NCBI GenBank assembly: GCA_964429275.1
Contig: CAYSBJ010000002.1
Location: 176,245-240,244, forward strand
DNA length: 64,000 nucleotides
Origin: an uncultured Pseudomonadota bacterium
Lineage (GTDB): Bacteria > Babelota > Babeliae > Babelales > JAUPTZ01
Direction: 5' to 3'
This document shows, one piece after another, positions 26,611 through 34,173 of the stretch (within the stretch, counting starts at the first letter, position 1; each line of letters opens with the position of its first letter). The notes beneath the pieces were generated by a model. The model was not told the DNA's origin. It searched no databases and was given only the letters and a program-made list of their open reading frames with translations. A program made the position numbers and the translations under genes.

Positions 26611-28182
26611 TTAGAAGCAGATACAGAGCTTGCTCCAGGCTGTCCATGAATGGACTCCGTTATTGCTATGGGTAAGACCGGCCATTTCATAATCAGCACC
26701 AACGCTCATGTTGATAGGGAAATAGAAATTGCGGTAGTGCCATTCGCCAACGGCTGAAATTTTATGGGTGATATCGCTGCTTGTAGTACAAGCGGCGGTG
26801 GTTACATAGTATTGAGAGGCATTGTAGGTTGATTCACCGTTATAGGAAGTCATATTACCTTCTTGTAGGATGCCTCCGCCGTAGGTATGGCCATCGCTAC
26901 CAAGAGTAATGCTCGTTACATCCTTACCATGAGGTAGCATGTAATACGAGTTATCAACCCAGCGGCTGGTTGGTGCTAGTACAACTGACTCATTGCTGTG
27001 TGCATGCAAGTTGTAGAAGAACGAAACGCCAAGTCCTTTGCAATTGTAACGCGCTCCCAGAACACCATCAAAAATTTGTCCTGGATTTACCGTTACGGTG
27101 CGGGTTAAAGCGTTTGCCGATGGTATTGCATAGGCAGAGCCGGAAGTAGCCAAGTTGCGATATTGGCTGCCAGTTGCAACCAGGTTAAACCAGAAATCGT
27201 AGATGCCAAGGGTCCGTGTTTTGTCGGCGTTAAAGAGATAGCGGTAATCAAAAGCAGCGATACCGGTTACTTTATGTGCTTTGTCCTCACTGCAAAATAA
27301 CTTTGCAGTGATTTTTGTATTCAAGCCAATACCAACATGACCGCTACCAAGAGTTGGCTCAAAGAGGTTTATCGCGTTAAGTGTGGCGTTAGTTGGTAAA
27401 ACGAAATACCCTTTAGTGTTGATGCGGAAAGTACGGTCACTGTAGAAGTTGTAACCAAGTCCAACTTGAATGTCTGCAACGCCGGTAAAGCCATGCGATT
27501 TTCCATCTATAAGCATGTATTTCAACGCTTGTTGAGTGGCGGTAGAACTTTTGGTCAGTGTTGCGCCACTAAAATAGTTTTGAAGCGTGCCGCCAACAGG
27601 GCCAGCCGTGCCTTCAGTGTGTGGGTAGCCTTCAAATACTGCGTTTAAATTATGATTTACTCGTACTACAGGGATATCAATATTGAGTGAAAGACATGGT
27701 GTAATGAAGCCAAGGTCTTGTTGCCAGCTGATATGAGTACCATACTCAGTGCGGACAGGACTGAAGTTGATCTTGCCGTACATGCCACCGGTAACTCCTG
27801 CGGATGCCATATGGTCAAGTGCAGATGAGTAGAGGTATTCAGAGTCGTATTCAAATCCAGTAGCAACTGGTGATAAAGTTGGTGATTGCCCGGCCGCTAT
27901 TGCTAATTGCCCACGTTGGTCGTCATTAATAGCTTGTCCACCACCAAAGTAGGTTGCAAGGTCACGGGTGTTGTGTGACTGCCGATAATAGCTGGTACCA
28001 GACAATGTGCTGCCCATGCCGTTCTTTTTGTCTTTAGGCCAGGAGTTGCCGGCAAGGCCCATCAGCAGGTTGTGGCTGAGAGAATCACGCGAGCGCATAA
28101 ATGTTTTGTTACTTTCAATTTTTGCGTGCGTGCTCGCAGCAACGGCGCAGAGGAGCGCTCCGCACAGGAATTTTTTATTCAT
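26611..28182 (-). CDS. Beta-barrel outer-membrane protein paralog.
   Basis: Start at MNKKFLCGALL, preceded by GGAGG. Blocks KTFMRSRD, YYRQSHNTRDLATYFGG, QNYFSGAT, FEPTLGSGHV. C-terminal AWSKLCICF. Confidence 0.75.
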   Translation of the reverse strand: MNKKFLCGALLCAVAASTHAKIESNKTFMRSRDSLSHNLLMGLAGNSWPKDKKNGMGSTLSGTSYYRQSHNTRDLATYFGGGQAINDDQRGQLAIAAGQSPTLSPVATGFEYDSEYLYSSALDHMASAGVTGGMYGKINFSPVRTEYGTHISWQQDLGFITPCLSLNIDIPVVRVNHNLNAVFEGYPHTEGTAGPVGGTLQNYFSGATLTKSSTATQQALKYMLIDGKSHGFTGVADIQVGLGYNFYSDRTFRINTKGYFVLPTNATLNAINLFEPTLGSGHVGIGLNTKITAKLFCSEDKAHKVTGIAAFDYRYLFNADKTRTLGIYDFWFNLVATGSQYRNLATSGSAYAIPSANALTRTVTVNPGQIFDGVLGARYNCKGLGVSFFYNLHAHSNESVVLAPTSRWVDNSYYMLPHGKDVTSITLGSDGHTYGGGILQEGNMTSYNGESTYNASQYYVTTAACTTSSDITHKISAVGEWHYRNFYFPINMSVGADYEMAGLTHSNNGVHSWTAWSKLCICF

Positions 28183-28740
28183 ATCAACCTCCATTTCAAC
28201 AACCTTCCGCGCATTCAGGCGGGAGAAGCGAGTTACTTCGTTCGCGACTGTACTATTGCGCTAAATTTAATTGCAATAGTTTGTCATAGAGGTATCCCGT
28301 TCGGGCTTCGCCGTCTATCCTATTAACTATGCGGTTATTATGCCTCAGCCTTGGCAGAGAACGAGGTTTTTACTGGTGGTCCAACGACAGCGTCCGCTAC
28401 TGCTGCTGCGCCCATCCAGAGCTGCCCCATTCGCTGCGAACATCTTGTTTTTGACTTCGTCAAAAGCCAAAACTTGCTCTGTGGGGCACTCTGGCCTGGG
28501 CTCTCGCAGATATGAAACTGAACGTTGAATCTGACCTGTGGAGTAAAAATGGCCCCTTCGAGGCGACTATGGTTTTTGCCGAGCAGCCCCAAACGGGCTG
28601 TCTAAGCGAGGCAAAAGAGTTGGAAGCCGAGTGGGGGGCTATTTGAGCGGCACATAATAGGTCTTAATATATTGCTGCAGTTTTAGCTTAAGATGGCTCA
28701 CAGTCGGAACTCCGTACGGGGACATTAGTAAGCGGTATAT

Positions 28741-28749
28741 CCCCCCCCC
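28741..28749. repeat. C9 homopolymer (G9 on the minus strand).
   Basis: A run of nine C lies two bases beyond the stop codon of the OMP gene 28751..30268, read in that gene's direction. Confidence 0.9.
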
Positions 28750-28750
28750 A

Positions 28751-30268
28751 TTAAAAACAGAGGCCGACTTTAAGCCACACACCCAATGAATTAACCGAGT
28801 GGTTATCCCCGCTCACATCAACCTCGCCACCGGCGCCAACCCGCATTGGAATACGAGTGCCAAAGCGATAGCCCAAACCGCAGCCAAATTTATGAATGAG
28901 CTGCGCTGGCGTTGAAGCAGGAGTAAAGTCTGCATAATTACTGTTGCCGCGGTTGCCAGGGCGCAGGATGGCATTGCCAATGATGAGTGCAGTATTGGTA
29001 AGTATAAAGTGACTAGAGGCGCTGATGGCGCCATCAGCAAGGCCAGTGTTGGCAACACCATACGTACCTTCGTCCCATGCTTTATCTAAAGTAAGGTTTT
29101 CTGCAGTGCTATAAAAGAGGTTGTAGGCAAGGTCAGCGGTAAATCCTTTGTAGTTGCAGCAGAGGCCAGTAAAGGCATCGAATCGGCTTTTTGGGTTGGT
29201 TCTGGTGAGAACAGTAGAGACATTTGCAAAAGGAAGAACTTCATTCGTTTGTGATTTGCCGACTAAGATGTACTGGCTTTGAGGAAGACTACCATTGATA
29301 GTACTGTAAATACCAAGAGTGCGCATATGTGCCGCGGGAAAACAGAAAGTGTATTTTGCACAGGCATACGCTTCAAGGCTTGCTTTCATCGTAGTATCTT
29401 GCCACAAAACATATTCGGTGTTTACGCCAGCGCCTACAGAAAAATTGCGCTGTCCATACAGAGGCTCAAAGAGGAAGCGGCCTGATGCTCTGTTTCCGGT
29501 AGGAAGCTCAGTGTGGAGGCAGCAATCAAGGTGAACCTTATCGCTTTCCATTATGGTGTAACCAAGTGAGGCCTTCAGATCGGCAATACCAATGGCATAA
29601 TTACGATCGGTGCTGGTGCTCAGTACCTGGCGTGACAGGGCAACTTGAGCGGCTGGAGAGGTTTTGCCAAGGTCACTACCGCTAAAGAAATCTGCGAGCC
29701 CTTTGCCGGTGCCCTTGGCTGCTGAGCTGGTAGTGTTTGCGGTGCTATGATAGAGGGCTTGCGTGTTGGTGTAGACCACCGTTATAGGCAGGGCAATGAT
29801 GTACCACAATCCTTTTGCTAGTTTATCGAGTCCTTGTACCCATTGAAGATGTGCGCCAGTTTCGGTGCGATAGGGGTCAAGAAAAACGGTGCCGTACATT
29901 GGCGCTTTGCTTGCGCTGACAGAGTCTGACGAGATGCTATCGATCTGTGTGCCGTATAACGCAGTAGTGCTGCTGCTACCGAGTGGCGCTACTTCTATGG
30001 TGCCGGTTGGTATCAAATTAGTACCACCACCGAAGTATTGAGCTAATTTAGCGTTGTTGTAAGAAGTGCGATAAAAAGCAGTAATGCTTAAATCACCATC
30101 TAGGGCATCCGCGCCCTTACTCTTGACTGGATTGACGCCCATGCTTAGAAGACAGTTATCGCTGACAGCACCGCGTGTAGCCATAAAAGTTTTGTTAGCC
30201 ACAGTGGCGCTGAGTGTGGGAATGGTAGCGAGCGCGGCGCTGAACGCCAGGGTTACGATTTTTTTCAT
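28751..30268 (-). CDS. Beta-barrel outer-membrane protein paralog.
   Basis: Start at MKKIVTLAFSAALA. Blocks KTFMATRG, FYRTSYNNAKLAQYFGG, ADFFSGSD, FEPLYGQRNF, PFANVSTV. C-terminal VWLKVGLCF. Confidence 0.75.
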   Translation of the reverse strand: MKKIVTLAFSAALATIPTLSATVANKTFMATRGAVSDNCLLSMGVNPVKSKGADALDGDLSITAFYRTSYNNAKLAQYFGGGTNLIPTGTIEVAPLGSSSTTALYGTQIDSISSDSVSASKAPMYGTVFLDPYRTETGAHLQWVQGLDKLAKGLWYIIALPITVVYTNTQALYHSTANTTSSAAKGTGKGLADFFSGSDLGKTSPAAQVALSRQVLSTSTDRNYAIGIADLKASLGYTIMESDKVHLDCCLHTELPTGNRASGRFLFEPLYGQRNFSVGAGVNTEYVLWQDTTMKASLEAYACAKYTFCFPAAHMRTLGIYSTINGSLPQSQYILVGKSQTNEVLPFANVSTVLTRTNPKSRFDAFTGLCCNYKGFTADLAYNLFYSTAENLTLDKAWDEGTYGVANTGLADGAISASSHFILTNTALIIGNAILRPGNRGNSNYADFTPASTPAQLIHKFGCGLGYRFGTRIPMRVGAGGEVDVSGDNHSVNSLGVWLKVGLCF

Positions 30269-30315
30269 AGCAATGCTTCTTCCGCTAATTAAAGACAACG
30301 CAGTTCAATTTAATA

Positions 30316-30428
30316 GACGACGCACAGTCGTCATTGCGAGCGAAGCGCGGCAATCCAGGGTAATTTTATATGATTTAACTGGATTGCTTCGAACCTTCGG
30401 TTCTCGTAATGACGTGCTGCTAGCACGC
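30316..30428. mobile_element. Palindromic MITE-like repeat, copy B.
   Basis: Sequence reads GACGAC-GCACA-GTCGTC, GTCATTGCGAGCGAAGCGCGGCAATCCAG ... CTGGATTGCTTCG ... CTCGTAATGAC, then GACGTGCTGCTAGCACG. Its ends are the reverse complement of the ends of copy A. Confidence 0.65.
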
Positions 30429-30526
30429 CCCTAAGATCAATATCTTCAAGTGTGTTGACTATAGAGACAGCTCATAATAGTCGGGAGGCTAGTCAAGAAC
30501 GGTTATTGAAGGCAAGTCTTTGGTTC

Positions 30527-32095
30527 TTATGTGAGAGGTTCCCAAACATAGGCAAGTTTTTTATCTTGATAATCAAATGACATGCCGACGAGATAGATTG
30601 GTTTTCTGTGCATACGGTACTTTTCGTAGTAGCGTCGCTCCTTGATTTGCGTAATAGCCGCTGATGGGCTTTCACCAAGCTTGAGCTCGAATAGATATAT
30701 GGCGGTTGGGTTTTGTAATGCAAGGTCTACGCGTCCTTTGCTTGTAGAGACTTCCGAAGAAACTTCTACCCCAAGCATCATGCAAATCATGTGAAACAAT
30801 GAGTGGTAATATGCCTCTTCTTGGACATGAATTTGATACGGTATGTGGGCCAATAATATCTGTAGAGTTTCGCAGAAATGGGGAATGTCGCCTTTCTGCA
30901 AAGCTTGTTTCAGTGTGGTGGCCACAGCGGCTGTTTCTGCATTCTTGATATTAAGCATCATGCTAATGAGGTATTTGTTGAGCGATTGGCGCACTTCCTC
31001 GTTTGGATACGTAAGCTTGTATAAATTGGACTCTGGTTGACAGTCTTCAATAGTTAGATAGCCGGTCTGATAGAGAAGTGTTGTCAGTGGGAGTGTGCCT
31101 ATATCAAATGAGTCGAGTGTTGAATCGTCTACCCAGCAGTGATCTACTTCGCTAAAAGTTGGAAGGTTGCTTTTGACAAGGTCCACAAGAAAAGTTGGTG
31201 TGCCGGAAGCAAACCAGTAATTTCCACAGTGCTGCTCATCTAAGTAGTGGAAAACAGAAAAGGGGTTGTAGACTTTTGCTTCGCCGCGGGAGAACCGGTA
31301 TCCGTTATACCACGCTCGCATCTCATTCATTATTTCCGCTGCTGAGCGATTACTGGCGGCAGCAAAGTCTGCTATGTAATCAGGGAAATTCTGACGTATT
31401 TCATCTTCGGTGTAGCCACATAATGTGGCGAAAGCGGGGGTTAGCGAGATATCCTTGAGGTTGTTGAGGCCGGAAAAGACTGAAGTTTTTGAAAATTTGC
31501 TGACGCCGGTAAAAAAAACAAAATGTAAGTGTTCGTCTAAGCCCTTAAAGCAAGAGTAAAAAGAACGCAGGACATCCCTGTTTCGCTGTGCAAGTTCTGG
31601 ATTATTTATATGATTAACTAACGCATAGTCGTATTCATCTATAAGTACGGCTATACGGCCGTGTTTTTCAGCCAAAGACCGAACGAGGAGCTTTGTTTTT
31701 TCTGCGATATCCTTTGTTTTAAATAGCTTGATCCCATAACTTTGACCAATAACGTCTAGTTCTGCCGCAAGTCCTGCTTCTAAGAGTTCAGCGCTTTTAT
31801 GGGCAATCATTGAAAAATCTATTGTTATAACTGGGTGTTCTTTCCAGTCATAACGCTCCTCTTGTCCGATCCAGAGATTTTTGAAGAGTTCTTTATTCCC
31901 GGAAAAAATTTCTTTAAGCGTTGATACGAGCAATGATTTACCAAAACGGCGTGGTCGTGCGAGGAAGTAGCGTTTTGTCGTAGTTATTAGTCGGTGGATA
32001 AGCTCTGTCTTATCTATATAGAGGCAGTCCTCAGATATAAGTGTCTCAAACGAGCTGATGCCTATGGGCAGATTCTTTTTTTTCTTTGCATTCAT
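30527..32095 (-). CDS. Predicted AAA-ATPase-like protein with a C-terminal PD-(D/E)XK nuclease-like domain. As I recall the families are PF09820 plus PF08011/DUF1703.
   Basis: N-terminus LPIGISSFETLISEDCLYIDKTELI ... YFLARPRRFGKSLLVSTLKEIF. C-terminus GRVDLAL ... IYLFELKLGES. Start placed at the ATG at 32095, after AAGAGGA. Confidence 0.7.
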   Translation of the reverse strand: MNAKKKKNLPIGISSFETLISEDCLYIDKTELIHRLITTTKRYFLARPRRFGKSLLVSTLKEIFSGNKELFKNLWIGQEERYDWKEHPVITIDFSMIAHKSAELLEAGLAAELDVIGQSYGIKLFKTKDIAEKTKLLVRSLAEKHGRIAVLIDEYDYALVNHINNPELAQRNRDVLRSFYSCFKGLDEHLHFVFFTGVSKFSKTSVFSGLNNLKDISLTPAFATLCGYTEDEIRQNFPDYIADFAAASNRSAAEIMNEMRAWYNGYRFSRGEAKVYNPFSVFHYLDEQHCGNYWFASGTPTFLVDLVKSNLPTFSEVDHCWVDDSTLDSFDIGTLPLTTLLYQTGYLTIEDCQPESNLYKLTYPNEEVRQSLNKYLISMMLNIKNAETAAVATTLKQALQKGDIPHFCETLQILLAHIPYQIHVQEEAYYHSLFHMICMMLGVEVSSEVSTSKGRVDLALQNPTAIYLFELKLGESPSAAITQIKERRYYEKYRMHRKPIYLVGMSFDYQDKKLAYVWEPLT

Positions 32096-32167
32096 GTGCA
32101 AGTCCTCTTGTTGAGTTCGTAGCGCATTTTAGTCTATGAGCGATGCTTTGAGCAAGAGGGGAGAAAT

Positions 32168-32199
32168 GGAAAAGGGCGGCAGATTGCTCTGCCGCCCTA
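32168..32199 (-). terminator. Intrinsic terminator downstream of the OMP gene 32224..33792.
   Basis: GGGCGGCAGA-TTGC-TCTGCCGCCC, followed on the minus strand by TTTTCCATTT. Confidence 0.6.
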
Positions 32200-32223
32200 A
32201 TTTCTGAGTCGAATCGATTCAGC

Positions 32224-33792
32224 TTAGAAGCCGAAGCCGACCTTCGCCCAAACACCCCATGAATTGATGGAAGCGTTGTTTGAAGAAAGTTCAACTTCAC
32301 CACCAACCGCAGCGCGAACTGGGATTGAGCCGCCGAAGCCGTAAGACAAGTCAGCGCCAACTTTGTGTACAACTTGTTCAGGAGTTGTAGCAGCGCCAAG
32401 GTCAAGAGCTTGAACGTTGGTGCTTGAAGCAAGGCCTGGAGCGAGAATTTCGCTGTTCGGGCTGAATGCTTTAGTTGTACCACCGTCTGGAAGTTCAAAT
32501 GTAAGGTGAGTAGTTCCACCTGCTAGATCGCTAGAAGCTGGCGATCCATCAAAGCCGGTTTTAGCTATAGTGCCGTAGGTTGTTTGATCGAACGCGCCTG
32601 TCAATTCAAGCTTTTCAGCTTGGTTGTAGAACAAGTTGTACGATACGCTTGCGGCAAAACGCTCATAGTTGAACGTCAAACCAGCAGTAGCTTCTACGCG
32701 GCTGCGTGGAGTTACTTTTACTGCAAGTGTTGATACGTTAGCCAAAGGCATCATGTTTACAGTGCCTTCGTCACCAACCACAATGTACTGACCATCAGCG
32801 ATGCGACCAGTTGTGTAGTTTGTCAAGCCAAGCGTACGAATTTCTTCTGCAGCGAATCCGTAGCTGTATACAGCGTTTGCGCGAACGTTGAATGATGTTT
32901 TACCATCTTCAGTTTTCCACAAGTTTGCCCATGCATCAAGACCACCACCAAGTGAGAAGTGACGGCTGCCTGCTACTGGTTCAAATGCATACACACCAGC
33001 TGGCTTTTTGCCAGTAGGGATGTTTCCTGTCAAAAGAGCGCCCAAACGGTAGCTATGTGCTTTCTTCAAGAAGGTGTAACCAAGAGCTACTTTAACGTCA
33101 GCAACTTGCGTTGTGTTAACGTGAGTCGGGCTGATGATAGCGTTTGCAAGTGCGGCTTGTGTAAGCGTTACTGCGTATGTGCTACCAACAACTACAGATT
33201 TACCAAGACTTGCGCCACCAAAGTAGTCAGCAAGGCCTTTGCCGCCACCTAAGCTAGCAGCCAAAGAGTTTGCGGTGCCAGTGTAGGTTGGGCGAAGAGA
33301 AGTGCGTACGTACGTAACTGGTGCAGATACGTCAAACGAAAGTCCTTCAACCAACTTATCCAACGATTGTGACCATTGCAATTGTGCGCCGGCTTCAATG
33401 CGACGTGGGCTCAATGCAACGTTACCGTACATTGCGCTTGTAGTGTTATCAATAATTTGTGGATCGACTTGACCGCTGTTCAAACCAGTTGTTGTAGCTG
33501 TTGTAAGCGCTACATTGATCAAGCCGGTAGGAACTGCAGCTGTGCCATCACCAAAGTATTGGGCAAGCTTTACGTGGTTGTGGGATTGACGATAGAAAGC
33601 TGCTGCGCTAACAACTGCTCCGATCGCGTCTTTACTTTTATTATGCATTCTGTGGCAAGCGCGGCTGATCAACGCATTGTCGCTGATTGTGCCACGGTGT
33701 GCTATGAATGTTTGGTTAACATTAGCTGCAAACATTGTGGTGCTTGCAAGTGTTAATGCTGCCAAGAGGCCATGTATGATTTTTTTCTTCAT
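32224..33792 (-). CDS. Beta-barrel outer-membrane protein paralog.
   Basis: TAGGAGC Shine-Dalgarno site. Blocks QTFIAHRG, FYRQSHNHVKLAQYFGDG, ADYFGGAS, FEPVAGSRHF, PLANVSTL. C-terminal VWAKVGFGF. Confidence 0.75.
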   Translation of the reverse strand: MKKKIIHGLLAALTLASTTMFAANVNQTFIAHRGTISDNALISRACHRMHNKSKDAIGAVVSAAAFYRQSHNHVKLAQYFGDGTAAVPTGLINVALTTATTTGLNSGQVDPQIIDNTTSAMYGNVALSPRRIEAGAQLQWSQSLDKLVEGLSFDVSAPVTYVRTSLRPTYTGTANSLAASLGGGKGLADYFGGASLGKSVVVGSTYAVTLTQAALANAIISPTHVNTTQVADVKVALGYTFLKKAHSYRLGALLTGNIPTGKKPAGVYAFEPVAGSRHFSLGGGLDAWANLWKTEDGKTSFNVRANAVYSYGFAAEEIRTLGLTNYTTGRIADGQYIVVGDEGTVNMMPLANVSTLAVKVTPRSRVEATAGLTFNYERFAASVSYNLFYNQAEKLELTGAFDQTTYGTIAKTGFDGSPASSDLAGGTTHLTFELPDGGTTKAFSPNSEILAPGLASSTNVQALDLGAATTPEQVVHKVGADLSYGFGGSIPVRAAVGGEVELSSNNASINSWGVWAKVGFGF

Positions 33793-34173
33793 ACTAGTGC
33801 TCCTATGTTGTTACTACTCTTAATTTCCACTGATTTGACGCGCTTGCGATGAAGCGCACACGCCAATTTGCTTCTTCAGTGACCGTTGTCTCGTGCAAAA
33901 TCAACTTAGAGAGAAGAGCACGCTGAATACAAGAATTTTGAAATATTTTTTTTTCAAAGTCCTCTCGTTGAGCGGTTTTTGCGCACACAAACTATCCAAA
34001 AACATAATAAAAATCGGGCTTTTTGTCGGTGAGTATTTCATTTCATTCTCAGTGTAGTGGATACAGAAAAATTACACGGCGCAAACGACAGGATACTGTG
34101 GATTCTGACATGGTCGAAAAAAGAAAAGGCGACACATTTCTATGCCGCCCTCTCTTCTGTTGAGTGAAAATGG

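Noticed and set aside
28338-28592. An 84-aa minus-strand ORF (ending ...SFSAKAEA with a TAATAA double stop) and an overlapping 62-aa plus-strand ORF.
   Set aside because: The minus-strand ORF has a TTG start with no Shine-Dalgarno site. The composition is odd and unlike the neighbouring genes. The two ORFs overlap each other in a GC-rich spacer, which is typical of chance ORFs.
28195-28750. A specific call of tmRNA (ssrA) or RNase P RNA (rnpB) on the minus strand, based on ACGGAGTTCCGAC, AAAAACCATAGTCGCC, ACTCCACAGGTCAG and AGTGCCCCACAGAGCAAG.
   Set aside because: I found no T-arm (GGTTCGA-type loop with paired stem) and no acceptor 3' strand complementary to a 5' GGGG end. The putative tag frame gives an implausible 34-aa peptide ending in FGF. 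The universal RNase P GGAAAGTCC / ACAGAA-CCGGCTTA P4 elements are absent. The region is kept only as an unexplained candidate RNA.
32046-32519. A 157-aa minus-strand ORF spanning the 3' end of OMP 32224..33792, the terminator, and the 5' end of the AAA gene.
   Set aside because: It is out of frame with, and overlaps, two well-supported genes and a terminator hairpin.
33803-33988. A 61-aa minus-strand ORF ending 10 nt upstream of the OMP gene start, considered as a possible leader peptide.
   Set aside because: It has no Shine-Dalgarno site, and no equivalent ORF lies upstream of the sister paralog at 35725-35966 even though the DNA blocks are conserved. It is more likely untranslated leader or promoter DNA.
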